A model generated the notes under the pieces. The model made no database searches. It was not told where the DNA came from and was given only the letters and a program-made list of their open reading frames with translations. A stretch of DNA of 64,000 nucleotides from Raillietiella orientalis (lineage: Eukaryota): contig JAYWIR010000036.1 in the NCBI GenBank assembly GCA_036172245.1, positions 434,001-498,000 of the forward strand. The letters run 5' to 3'. The position numbers and the translations under genes are program-made. Every line of letters starts with the position of its first letter. Position 1 is the first letter of the stretch. Positions 1 to 11,900 of the stretch are shown piece after piece.

Positions 1-1006
1 TGAGATACCTTAATTTTCAGATCACCATTGGTGGGAGGTCTTCTCAAGTGATTGTAGAATTTGTTTTACCTATCCACGCTCCAGAGAAAACAAACACCAA
101 CACATCCGTGAAAATTAGTGGAACCGAGTTATGAAATTCGCGAAATTTCATCCAGCATCCTCTTTACAAACCACAGCATTCGGAATGGTCAGAGATTCCA
201 TTGTGTGTGAAATGGCTGCACATCTACCTTCGAGCTTGGGAAGCCACCAACGGTATCTCAACTGTGCTTTTTGCGGCCTCACCACACCATGCTTCCCAGA
301 GCACTGAGCTCTTCACAGAGTGCATCCCTGTGAGACCCACGCCATGTTTTGCGATTCCCGGTCAGTAGCCTCGCGCTGAAGAGACCGGCTGCAATCAGGA
401 AGATGGGACGCTGACGTGAACCACCGTCAATGACGTCAGATAAGGATGAATGGGAATTCCTTGTAAGTTCCCTGAGGCGAAATGAAGGATTTAATCTATG
501 CAGTGGACCCGTCGATCCTGGGGAGAACCGGGAAGCGCGAAATCCGGGTCATCCAAATCAGAAGGATCGGCTTTTTTAGCCACGAGATGTCGATGGAAAC
601 ACAACAAGGGGGATCTAGAGAAAGAATGCCCTAATGCGATATGAGGTGTTGGTTCCGGGGAAAGAACATTGCGATAAACACCTAAGGCGTCTCGGACGCT
701 CCGAACATCAACTTCAAAAACTTTTCCGTATATGCGTTCCGGGCATTTCCACCAGAGTGAGAAGGACAGGGGTAATGGTGACTTTCATCGCTCTTTCAAT
801 GAGGTGCGATATCGCCTTGCACAGTGTCTTTCGAGACCTCCGTAGACGCTCGCAGGCCTCTCACTCCGTGTAGCAGTTCAGATGAAAGAGCACCCCTCCC
901 TGTTCGCGCAGTGAAGTGCTAAACTCTCTCTGCTTTGAAATTCCCTTGCTCCCCCTATTCATGACAAGCAACATATTGACATACGTTCGTTCCCCTTTCC
1001 TCTGCG

Positions 1007-1309
1007 ATGGGATGCCCGAAAGAACCTTCCAGAGCCTTGTTCCCAGCCTTCCTGAGACATGCGACTACCAAAGCAATATGCAATATCATTAAATACGTTT
1101 GGGGAATAGGTGGACCTCTTACAGTAATAATAGGTGCGGCTTTGCTTGCGGTATTTGGTAGAACGCCCTGGCCTGCTCTTTTTGCACTCGGTGTATTTGG
1201 CGCTGTATTTTTTGGTGCAAAAGCTGTTGTGACAAAAGTAATCGGTGGTGCAGGTGGTACTGGAAGTACTTCCATCATGGACAAATGCGGGGCGGAAGAA
1301 AAGAAATAA
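1007..1309 (+). CDS. virB2: TrbC/VirB2-family type IV secretion pilin core lacking its native signal peptide; first ~18 codons come from non-Wolbachia flanking DNA
   Basis: TTKAICNIIKYVWGIGGPL..IIGAALLAVFGRTPWPALFALGVFGAVFFGAK matches the Anaplasmataceae VirB2 core with two hydrophobic helices. Confidence 0.8.
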   Translation: MGCPKEPSRALFPAFLRHATTKAICNIIKYVWGIGGPLTVIIGAALLAVFGRTPWPALFALGVFGAVFFGAKAVVTKVIGGAGGTGSTSIMDKCGAEEKK

Positions 1310-1610
1310 ATTCTTTTGCTAATAAATTGCTTCCATTGTACACACTGCAACTGATATTTTCTGCTTTGCACTTCTGATACCGAATTGCTCCATTGATAAT
1401 AAAAAAAATACTTCCCTTTCTCTGAGAAATCTGTTATATTCAGTTTAATTACTGACTTTCGTTGTCTCTAGAATATTTTTCCCTTGATGGCTATTTTATA
1501 ATGAATTTGTCAGTAGTTTTTTTGGTTGCCACGCAACAAAACCCACTGGACTCTGAATTTTTTAGGCTGGATTTTGTGGTCAAACCACGGCTACTTATAA
1601 GTAATTTAAT

Positions 1611-1852
1611 ATGAAAAGGACCCAATACAATAATTTAGTTTCATCTTATGCTAGAGCTCTGTTTTATATCTCAGAAGATAAACGAGGTGCTACAAGAAAG
1701 GAAGTGGAATTTTGGTTGGTTTCTTTCAAAAATCAACTTGATATCCTTATATACCTATCTCATCCTTTTTTGGTTTCTCCTGTACCCAAAAAAGAAGCAA
1801 TACTCCCTATAAATGAAAACTGAAGTGAGAACTTAGTGGAATTTATTATGTT
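1611..1852 (+). pseudogene. atpH: ATP synthase F1 delta subunit, premature stop and 3' truncation
   Basis: QYNNLVSSYARALF...YLSHP...KKEAIL..NEN*SENLVEFIM; similarity ends at ~1852. Confidence 0.85.
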
Positions 1853-1907
1853 TGAAAAAGAGCTAAAAGACAATCAATAATAAGTGATTCTTATAGGGTA
1901 TTAACAA

Positions 1908-1939
1908 TAAAAACAGCCAAAGGCCTTTGGCTGTTTTTA
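1908..1939. terminator. Perfect 32-bp palindrome, probable bidirectional rho-independent terminator of bacterial origin
   Basis: TAAAAACAGCCAAAGG|CCTTTGGCTGTTTTTA: GC-containing stem with A/T tails on both sides, just downstream of a minus-strand ORF remnant ending at ~1975. Confidence 0.6.
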
Positions 1940-2196
1940 CTCTAGTTTACAAAATCAACAAAATATTTCCTAATTCAAGCAGCTTCATCATCTCTTTTCC
2001 TGTTCATCTGTATTATTTTCAATTCCTTCCCCTCCATTTTATCCCCAACCATCTCAGGAATCATACTCATAAAACTAGGCATAATACCTCTTCATTACTG
2101 ACTATTACCCATCCTTAACAACTCCTCATAACTATCAACCAAAATTCTCCTATCCTGACAAAAACTAGCCCCCAAATTCATCATCTCCCTAAACTG

Positions 2197-2790
2197 TCTT
2201 CAACCAGGTGGCTGCATCGTCATTTAAATGACAAGTACGTGCAGAAAACCAATAAGGATGGTTATAGGTCACGCTCAGCATATAAGCTAATGGAAATACA
2301 TAATAAATTCAAATTATTCCGAAAAGAGCAAAAAATCATTGATATTGATGCCTCTCCCGGTGGATGGTCACAAGTTGCATCTCAGAAAGGAGCAAATGTG
2401 GTTGCTATGGATATCAAGCCAATTAACACGATTCATGGGGCAGAATGTATAAAATGCGATATTATAAATGGGCTTGAAATTTCGAGGGAAAGTCTGAAAG
2501 ATCGAAAATTCGATGTAATTCCACCTGATGTGGCCCCAGAATCCTGTGGTTTAAAATAGTGGGATCATATCAAAATCATACTTTGATGCGAAGCAGCATC
2601 GAACCTTGCAAAGCATTTTCTAAATCGTGGTGGTAAGTTTGTAGTAAAAAAATTTTCAAGCAGAGTCTGATAAAGATTTTTATAACGAATTAAAGAAAAT
2701 AGCTCAAACGGTAAAATACTTCAAACCAAAATAAAGTAGATCTGAATCTGCAGAAATGCATTTAGTAGGTTTAGTCTTTACCGATTCCTG
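2197..2790 (+). pseudogene. rlmE: 23S rRNA Um2552 methyltransferase RlmE/FtsJ
   Basis: RWLHRHLNDKYVQ..KDGYRSRSAYKL..ASPGGWSQV..; in-frame stops (e.g. 2557-2559) and a frameshift before the C-terminal KP..SRSESAEM motif. Confidence 0.9.
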
Positions 2791-2917
2791 AATTATATCC
2801 ACGGTCTTCGCTTATAGGTGAAAAAAGATTGTAAGCTCATTACGAAATGTTATTATAATGGCATAAGTATAAAACAGCTTTTATACCCAATTTTACCCAT
2901 AGTGTCTTTATTGAAAG

Positions 2918-3720
2918 GTGGTAAGTATGTTAAAAAATTCAAGTATTAGTAGTAAGACGAACAGTAGTTTTGAAGTGCTAAATTTAGAAGATGCATGCTC
3001 AAAAGAAGAGTATTTTTCATTAGCTGAAAAGTCTGCAAAAAGTGCAGAAGAAGCATTTGAAAAAGTGGTCGAGCATACAGAGGGTGAAAGCATCGGCATA
3101 GCTGAACTTTGGAGTGATGTAAAAAAAAAAAAAATGAAAAAGTGAAGCTTGAAGGTGGAGATGTTTTCTTCATCTCGTTATTTGCAAATTTGCAAGCGGC
3201 TGTTGAAAGCACCACTGCTTCACTTTCAGCTAAGACGGCCATCAATGGTGCTGTCGGCACAATTCATACACCAACACCTGCCGTTTCTTCGAGGACTGAA
3301 GCAGTAACACCACTTACTTCAAGGCCCGAGGTGAAAGTAGCAAAAGGACCAGTAACAAAAGAAATAGAAGGTGACCCTGTGCGGCTGCAGACAGTAACTA
3401 ATAGAGCTGTAACAGTACGAGAATATTCGGGTAAAGGAGGAGAATCGTATTCTGTATACCAGGGTAATAAAGAAATAGAAGGCATGGATATTTTTCGTAA
3501 CTGCTTAGAGCAACATCCTAACCTTCACGCTGTACAGTTAAAGGACTTTGAGCCAAAATATACTGGAGCCACTTATGTTTTTGGAAATAGTGATCAAGAC
3601 AATTTAGTATTTTCCATCAAAGCCCACCAGGCAAACCAAGAGAAACCTGGTAACAAATGGTGCGCTTGGTTCGGACCTGGTATCTATAAAAGAAAAAAAT
3701 GGGGTCTCACTCCTCTGTAG
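2918..3720 (+). pseudogene. Hypothetical Wolbachia-like protein, frameshifted at a poly(A) run (~3122-3134) and 3'-truncated at the junction with rpsM
   Basis: ORFs 2918-3145 and 3142-3720 join across an A-run; bacterial composition; family not recognised. Confidence 0.45.
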
Positions 3721-3969
3721 CATCCCATTTCCACTAGAAACTTTATATTCATAGCCACTTCTTTTCTGAGCTCACCTTCTATAGAATAATTCTGCCTAAT
3801 GAAACTGCTGATCTGTTCTGTGTCTTTCTCTTGTACTTCCGAAACACAAATCAATTTCACAAGCATAGCAAATTATGTTGGCAGTAGCAATACCTATACC
3901 ATATATATAAGTTAATGCAGAAGGAACACTTTTCTTTACTGAAACATTTACATCCGCAATACGTGCCAC
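3705..3969 (-). pseudogene. rpsM: 30S ribosomal protein S13, frameshifted and 3'-truncated
   Basis: GTG start, ARIADVNV...LTYIYGIG...[26 protein letters not shown], then abrupt loss of similarity. Confidence 0.9.
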
Positions 3970-4028
3970 TGGTACTGCGATTCTTTATTAATAGTAACTC
4001 TTAATTTGTACCATAAAACAATCCAGAG

Positions 4029-4140
4029 TCAAACTAAATTGCAAGAAATTTTGCTTTCGACCTCTTGTCTTACCTGATCAACATTAAGATTAGCATTGAT
4101 CGTTAGCAATCTGTCTTTATAATATTCACGTAAAGTCTTT
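4029..4140 (-). pseudogene. adk: Adenylate kinase, C-terminal fragment
   Basis: [34 protein letters not shown] directly upstream of rpsM, the canonical adk-rpsM order. Confidence 0.7.
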
Positions 4141-4563
4141 ATTTATTGCCAACTTTTGGAGTACCATGGATGACTAAAAGACCTCCAGGAGTTAAGATTC
4201 TTGGACCTATTATATCTTTTGGCATTGGTGATTTATCATTCGGGTACTGTCCTACAGAGAATGCGGTTTTTGTATTTCGCTGTTTTTGTAACTTCTCAGC
4301 ACACCACTGTTTGGCATTTTGGGTGGCATCTACAGTACCCTCAACTAAAGTCCAAAGACTGAGTTTGTCCCCTTTCTTTTCCATGTAAAGGTCATGCCAA
4401 TTTCCCAATTTCTCTTCTTTTATTCCAATTATTATCTTGTTCTCGCCTAAATTCCCCATGTAGAACTTGTCTTGATGAAATTCCCCATCAGGAAGTAAGA
4501 TACACATTCCTTAATATCATAAATTAAAAATTTTTTTATTTCTTTTTGAGATGAAAAATCCAT
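4139..4563 (-). pseudogene. Phage WO RepA/AAA-family ATPase, N-terminal part (ends at Walker A)
   Basis: MPKDIIGPRILTPGGLLVIHGTPKVG, truncated at the P-loop; frameshifted N-terminus. Confidence 0.75.
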
Positions 4564-5250
4564 AAAACCTCCCTTTTTTCCAATAATTTTACTCAACGTA
4601 TTTTTTAAACGTTCAGAGTCCAAGTTAGCGAGCTCGCAAACAGGTCTGAAAGATTCTGTGCTGTGGATCCATGGATAAGCTTCCTCTCGAAGCTCTCTAT
4701 TCTTTCCTGTTACATCCCGAATAGCTTGTTCTGCAACAGCAACCCACAGCTTCTCTTCATCGTACTTCGGAGAGGGATCCAATCAGATTCCATGCTTTCT
4801 GGAGTAACGACTGCAGCAATTCTGTTCCTGTTTCCGTATCTACTATCGGCTTCAATACCAACTTTTGCAGTAAACTCGAAACCGTTGAAATCAGCTATAG
4901 AGTTCATTTTTCTAGCAATAACTGCTTTTTCTGAAGTGTCATGTGGATGAATATTCCGGGCTGAACCCCAAAATACTTCTAAGCATAGAACGACCAGATT
5001 CTCCCCACGTATCTTCTGTACCTCCCACTTTGCCACTTTTAATACCAATCATTTGATAAATCTTATGCTTTGCATATGGATCTTCAGTGACGGTAAACTC
5101 TGCATTTAAGTAAATGCTTCCGGTGGTAAGCCTTCTTGTAAACCAACATCCGTATCCTGCCGGCTTTATTGCCATTTTTACCATTCGGTATGAAACTGCT
5201 TCGCTGTTTCACTTTGTTAAAATCAGTTAAAAAATCCTGCAGTATAAACT
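4564..5250 (-). pseudogene. Two phage WO replication-module hypothetical genes (DUF669-like and a small downstream ORF), frameshifted
   Basis: TGSIYLNAEFTVTEDPYAKHKIYQMIGIKS...TWGESGRSMLRSIL...FEFTAKVGIEAD..GNRNRIAAVVTP, followed by EEKLWVAVAEQAIRD...VCELANLD; typical WO order upstream of repA. Confidence 0.6.
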
Positions 5251-5274
5251 CTCCTATAAATTGATTTCAAATTT

Positions 5275-5771
5275 TAGCTATTCCATTGATCTAGGAGCTG
5301 CCAACGCCCAACGACAAGCTTGCTTGGTACACGCTCACCATTACGCAGGTCAAATACCATCTGACGTACGGTGCTTTCCTCGTCACGAGCAAACATCACC
5401 ATGCCAGTGCTGTAGAAATCCCCGCAAAGATCCAGCACCACTTAGGCCCTGAAATGGATCCTCTTCAAGCATTTTCCTAGATAATTTTTTCGTATGGTGG
5501 GTCAACACTATGCCTGCATCTGGATTGACAGCATTACGTAGCTTTTCAAGTGTGTTTTGTAAAAAGAACAGCATTGCACTATTATCATTTTCATTTCCAT
5601 ACCCACTGCTAAAGGTGTTCCGCGATGGATCTATGGTTAAAACATCAGGTTGAAAGAGTTCTTTCACAGTTTCTCTGATTTCCCTTATTTCGTCATGGCT
5701 AAATGAGAGTTGTACTTTAGGGGGAATTATGAGATTACTTGCAGCTACAGCCAAAAGTTCTTTGTCGAATT
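5275..5771 (-). pseudogene. Phage WO RepA/AAA ATPase, C-terminal part, displaced from its N-terminal part
   Basis: PDVLTIDP..N...GNENDNSAMLFFL...GIVLTHHTKK...DPFQGLSGAGSLRGFY (Walker B and RepA C-terminal motifs). Confidence 0.75.
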
Positions 5772-5849
5772 TTAGCAGCGCATGATTTGTTTTTCCTTCA
5801 GATTCTACCACAGTACACTTGCTTCCTTTCTTCTATAACTCCATTGGTA

Positions 5850-7031
5850 TCAGTTTGTCCTCTGATTCAGAACAACCTCTATTCCTTCCTCTCTTACCCA
5901 TACTCCCTTTATTAATCTGTTCACTTCTTCCTTCTGTTCTACGGAACTTAAATTTTTCCATTCTTCCCCATTTTCATGTAATTCCTGCGCTCTTTTCATT
6001 ACTTCTTTTTCTCCTTCACCAGCTACTATACTTCGCCTCTTTGACCCACAGCCTTTTCCTCCCAAATGATTACTACATATATAATATCGGCACCTCTTGT
6101 TTTCCTTTTTTGCATACGTTAGTGCCATTTTTACTTTGCAGCACCTGCTCCTTATTATCCCCTTTAGTGGCGCCTCTTCTTAATACTTTTTTGCCTTCAT
6201 GCGGCTGATTCTTTAGTAATAATTGTGCTTTTTGCCATTTTTCTTCTTCTAGTATCTCTTCATGCTTTCTCCGTACTGTTTCTCATAATGCCTTTTTTTT
6301 CTCATATATATCGGATGTGTTTTTATTCTCCTCACCGTTGCCTTCTTAAATAGCTCTCCTCCATGCACTTTTCCTGATTTCGCTTCAAATCTCTTTGCTC
6401 GGTATCCTTCTCTGTTTAACTCCCTTGCCAGTTCTGCCATCGATTTTAGCTCCATATACCTTTCATATACGGGTTTTACCGTCTTTGCTTCTTTTTCATT
6501 TATTACTAATTCTTCATCTTTTACATCATACCCAAGCGGCAAAGTTCCTCCCATCCATAACCCTTGTTCTTTTGATGTTGCCATTTTATTCGTTACGCTT
6601 TCCACTATCGTTTTTCTTTCCGGTTGTGTTGCTCCCAATAACACTGCTTGTACAAATTTTCCCATTGGTGTGTGACTGTCAATTAACTGTGTTACTGCTA
6701 CAAAACTTGTCCGGTGCCTCCTAAAAAATGACTTTACTTCTATCTGTCCTTTGTTTCTCTTGACAACCTTTCTACACAGCGTATACTCTGCCACACAGTC
6801 TATTTCCCCGGCTTTTACATCTTCAAATAATTCCTTTTTCGCTGGTTTGTTTTAATGGCTCCCTGGAAACCCTCCTTCATCGTACCTTTTCGTCAATGTT
6901 ACCCATCCTTCTCGACCTTTTATATACTCTTCACATGCTGTCCTCTGTGCATCTAAACTATTCGACTTTTGCTCTAGTCCATCTTCGTTTGATTTCCTCG
7001 TATACATTGCACACCTTACCTCTTTTAGCAT
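5850..7031 (-). pseudogene. Phage WO large serine recombinase, multiple frameshifts
   Basis: MLKEVRCAMYTRKSNEDGLEQKSNSLDAQRTAC...GLWMGGTLPLGYDV...YRYYIC-like; split across ORFs 6852-7112, 6249-6794 and 5850-6128. Confidence 0.9.
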
Positions 7032-7039
7032 TTTTCCTC

Positions 7040-7461
7040 TCAATCTCCCTTCCAATAACGCATCCCAAAAAGCAAAAGGCCGTTGTAACTCATTCCCATT
7101 ATTTCCTTCCACTGCTGATAATGACCACTTCTTTGTAGATCAGACCATTATCGGTTACCATTACCTCATGAGTTTCCTCACCTCTCTTTAGTATGAATTC
7201 CGTTCCCGCTACTGGTAATTTATCGCTACGTATCCTTTTTCCCTTCTCTAGCCGTCCTGCCAGATATTTCAGTCTTTTTGCACTTTTCCTTGACATCTCT
7301 CCATACGCTTCTCCCTGTATCCTATATGCTAACCACGGTACCAGATATTTCTTTGTGCATCTCGGTGCTTCTTTCCCAAATGCTTTCCTCCATATTTTTT
7401 TCACTTCTGCTAAGGGTTTGTTCCCTAAATTCCTTACTTCTATGTCTTCCTTTTTTTCCAT
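7040..7461 (-). pseudogene. DUF2924-domain protein (phage WO, upstream of the recombinase), frameshift near 3' end
   Basis: IWRKAFGKEAPR..KKYLVPWLAYRIQ..AYG...GTEFILKRGEETHEVMVTDNGLIY; C-terminal IMGMSYNG.LLFG continues in another frame. Confidence 0.8.
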
Positions 7462-7736
7462 ATAATCACCCCTTTCCTAGCCACAGCACTTTTAAATTTC
7501 TAAAAAGGCTGCAGCAACTTATACCAACATTCGTTATTGCAAAGGCAAATAAAACCCACCTCAATTTCGCCAAACCCTCCAGCTGTAGGTAAACTTTTCA
7601 ATTTGTTTTCACCATTAGGATTCATGCACAGCTTCTAGCTCTTCCCTTGACACTATTACACCTGCTGCCGCTTTTCCCGACACACTCCTTGCTTTTTCTA
7701 GGAACTCTTTTTGTTTATTTGCGATTTTTACTTTCT

Positions 7737-8837
7737 TTAACACTTCGATTTTCCCCAAGTCCCACAACGGGTGGGGTAAATTCATTTTCTAATTTTGTCA
7801 TTCACACTACAATCTCATTCATACTGTCTTAAACTTTGTTTTCACTTGGAAGTCTGCTTTAGGGTAACACAAGTTCCGCACTCAGGGTGGGTCCCCCGTT
7901 GTTGTTTCCCGGGCGTCGTCCTCGATCCTCTTCAGGATGTAACGGTACGTCCAGGCTTGCAGTCTTCCGCAATTCCTAATGCTGATCTCCCTCTGGATTA
8001 GTCCTTCCAGGATCTCCATCGGGGATGCGGCTGTTCTGGCTTTCCTCATCTTCCACCACCGCACAAATATAGCGGTGATGAAGAGAGCGATGGTCGTGCT
8101 TACCATGGGATTGTAATAGGGAACATTTCCATTTCCCTGGAACATCCCGGCAAGTACTCCCCTCACTGAGGTGGTGGTCAGTCTTATGATCCTTTTCAGG
8201 ATCAGTCAGTCGTGGAGCAATGTGGGACACGCCAAGATGTGAAGCCTTGTGTCTGTCTCCACATGCCTTGCAGTCTTCGTCTTCCCGTCTTCCGGTAAAG
8301 TGCTTCAGTCTGGACCCGCTCTGGATTCCTCCATGATAGAACATCAGGAGTTTGTCCTGAGTGTTCAGCGGAAGGTCACTCCTCCAGAGCGTCGTGCTGA
8401 TCGCTAACAGGTTGATCCAGTCACTCCCGTAGCGATCGGCTGCTTCTTCGAGGGCACTGATGCCTCTTTGGTCTTTAATTATTTTTCGGAGGTTCAGCAT
8501 GTTCACCCTGGACCACGCATAGTTATCGTGGTACTTCCACACTTCGCTCATTCTGTGGGTGAATCTTCCAAACATCATCTTTATGCACCGAAGTATACGA
8601 GTGTAATGAAGGTATCCTCCTCTTCTCCATTCCTGGATTCTTCGCAAGGTAACTCTGGGCCGCTGGTGATTCCTCGTATCCGGGGGCACTCGGAGCATCC
8701 AAGGGATCAACAGGATGCATGCCTCCTGCCAGAGTTACCTACTTCTTGGAACGATCTTCAGCTGGTGCTTGCGCACCAGCTGTTGTTTTCTTCTCTAGGT
8801 GGGATCGATGGTAAGCCAGTCCCCTGCTCAGCCTAGT
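7737..8837 (-). mobile_element. 5'-truncated L1/Tx1-clade LINE copy (ORF2 C-terminus plus 3' UTR)
   Basis: Diverged paralogue of 8838-9960 with the same C-terminal zinc-finger region and near-identical terminal ~45 nt. Confidence 0.9.
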
Positions 8838-8992
8838 TAGTTTAACACTTCGATTTTCCCCAAGTCCCACAAGGAGTGGGGTAAATTTATTTTCATTTTT
8901 TTTAATATCATTCACACTACAGTCACATTCATACAATACACTACTTGTTCTGTATTCACTGGAAGTCCTTGGGATTCACTGAAGTTCTGCAC

Positions 8993-11900
8993 TTAGGGTG
9001 GGTATGCGGGTGTTTGGTCCCGGGCCTCGTCTTCAATCCTCTTAAGGATGAGTCTGTACGTCCAGGCTGCTCGTCTTCCACAATTTCTTATGCCGATTTT
9101 CTTCTTCAGGAGTCCTTGCAGGATCTCCATCGGAGGTGCGGCTCTCCTGGCTTTCCTCATCTTCCACCACCGCACCAGAATGGCAGTGATGAAGAGGGCA
9201 ATGGTCGTCCTCACCATGGGATTGTAACAGGGAACATTACCATCCCCCTGAAACATCCCGGCTAGGATCTCCATCGTGGAACTGGTGGTGCGTTCAATGA
9301 TCCGTTTAAGGATCAGCCAGTCGTGGAGCAATGTGGGACACGTCAGGATGTGAAGTCTGGTATCCGTGTCTCCACATGCTAAGCAGTCTTCGTCTCCTCT
9401 TCTTCTTGTGAAGTACTTTAGTCTGGACCCGCTCTGGATTCCTCCATGATAGAACATCAGGAGTTTGTCCTGGATGTTCGGCGGAAGGTCACTCCTCCAT
9501 AGGGTCGTGCCGATCGCCAACAGGTTGATCCTGTTGCTTCCGTAGCGATTGGCCGTTTCCTGGAGGGCACTGATGTCTTCATCTTGATCCTTTATCATTC
9601 TTCGGAGGTTTGTTTTGGTTACCCTGGACCACGGAAAGTCACCGTGGTTTATCCACACTTAGCGGGTCCGGTGGGTGAACCTACCTAGCATCTTCTCGAT
9701 ATACCGAAGTATACGAGCATGATGTAGGTGGCCTCCTTTTCTCCATTCCTGGATTCGTTGCAAGGTTACTCTGTGCCTCCGGTAGATCCATCCTCGGGTA
9801 TCGTCCGGGACCGGAAGCATCCAAGGGATCACGAGGATGGACTCCTGTTGCCAGAGTTCCCTGCTTCTTGGCACGATCTTGATCTTGTACTTTCGTACCA
9901 GCAGTTGTTTCCTCCTCCAAGTCGGGTCGATGGTCATCCACTCCCCTACTCGGCCTAGCAGCGCAGTCATCAGACCTTTCGAGTTGTTAAGCAGCATCGA
10001 GTAGGCCCTATGCGCCGCGTACGGCCAGTCGTCCCATTGTTCGGCGATATCCAGGATGTGTCGCGTGTCCATGATTGCCATGGAGTGTGCAAGCGACTTC
10101 ATCCTGGTTCCACCTTCTTCTTTGGGACGACATAGGGGTTTCAAAAGAACTCTTGGGCGATATTTGCCCCATAATGTCTTCCTTTGCAGTTTTTCCAGCT
10201 CCCTCGAGGTGTCCCTTTTCACTCTCGCAAAGGCCGTTCCGAAGAGCACCTTAGGAAGGAGGACTCCATTCCAGAGGTTGGCCTTGCGTTTCATTCCAAG
10301 GTCCTGTCGGGTGTACTTCGCTGCCTCTTTCGCCGTTTTTCCCAGGGTTTCATCCCACAAAAGCTTCGACGCAAGGCCGTCGCCAATGTAGACTCCCAGG
10401 TATTTGGCTGTGTCCACCGTTCGGAATCCTCTCCCCGTGAGGACGGAGAGGTCCAGGATTCCGACGGGCAAAAGTTGGCTTTTCCTTGCATTGATCTTTA
10501 ATCCTAGTCCTTCTTCCATGAGCGTCACCACTTCCAGGAACGCACGCTGATTTCGTTCTCCTTTGATGAAGAAGAGAAGGTCATCAGCGTACGCCAGGTG
10601 GGTGAGCCGCTGGTCGTCGATCTGGATGCCTTGGAGGCGTCCACTCTTCTCGATGTACGAGGACAGCGCCTCCATGTAAATAACGAACAGCATAGGACTT
10701 AGCGAGTCGCCCTGGTGGACTCCTCGTTCCATCCTAATTGCTGTCGTGTCTTCGCCGTTGATCTTGATTCGGCAGTACTGGTTCTTGAGTACCAATCTCA
10801 CGAAGGTGCTGAAGTATTCCGGAAGGTCCAGCTTGTCCAGACTCTTCAGCAGCATCCCATGGTCGATGGAGTCGAAAGCCTTCTCCATGTCAGTGAACAC
10901 CAGCACCAGGTCCTCGCCGACGTACCGGCTGAGTCCCACGGTGGCCTGGGCACACTTGACATTGTCCAACATGTGGCGTCCGGGCACCGCACATGTTTGG
11001 ACCGGAGCGATGAGCTTCGGCATGACCTTGCCTAAGCGGTTGGACCAGATCTTCGCCAACCACTTGGCATCGGAGTTTAGGACGGAGATTGGCCTCCATT
11101 GGGCGACCTGCGTGAGGTCGCCTCCTTTCGGCAACAATCTCATCCGACTCTCGTACAAGGACTCGGGTAGTCTTCCTTCTCCACGGATGCAGAGGGTGAG
11201 CTGATGGAACAAGCGCAGGTAGGCGTGCAGGTACCGCTGATAGTGCGTGATGGGTACACTATCAGGGCCCGCTGCCACGTCCTTCCGCAGTTGCCCAAAA
11301 GCCGTTTTCACCTCATCTTCGGAGAAATACTTCTCCAGTTTGTCTCTCTGGAGATCTCTTGTCCTCTTCTCGAGGTAGCTCAGGAAAGTTCTCTGCATAG
11401 ACTTGCACGTGTGTTGCCGTCGGAAGTGTTCTTCGTAGTGCTGATGGAATGCTCCCACGATGTCTTCCGACGTGTGCTGCTTCTGGCCGCCGTACTGGAT
11501 GCAGAAGATGTCTGTCGCCAGATTCTTCTTTTCCAGCACGCCGACCTCTTCTTTCACATCATTGAAGACGTACCGACTTTCGTACTGATCGTAGTACTTG
11601 GAGAGGGAGCGGTCTTGGATGTTGAGCTCCTGGTACGCTCCTGGTACGCTTCTCTTGCCTCAGTCGCTTGCAAAAGTACTGCATGTTGCAGAACAGGTGG
11701 ATCCGATGCTTCAACCTGTCCCAGTCGGCGACTCTGCGGATGGTGGTGTCCCGCAGAATCGCCTCGATCACCTCTTAGTGACAGGGAAGCATCTCAAACC
11801 AGGCGGGCATGCAGATGAGCGCCACCCTAGTGGCCTTTCGCCGTCGCGGATTTTCCGTGCGGAGGGAGAACCGAACCAAAGGGTGATCGGACAGCAGGTG

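Noticed and set aside
1..1000. Cys-containing fragments (NCAFCG) suggesting a retroelement zinc finger
   Set aside because: Too decayed to classify with support.
11627..11648. 11-bp tandem duplication (ctcctggtacg x2) as the sole cause of the ORF2 frameshift, or as a programmed frameshift
   Set aside because: Removing one copy does not restore the frame and no slippery site is evident; treated as an ordinary lesion.
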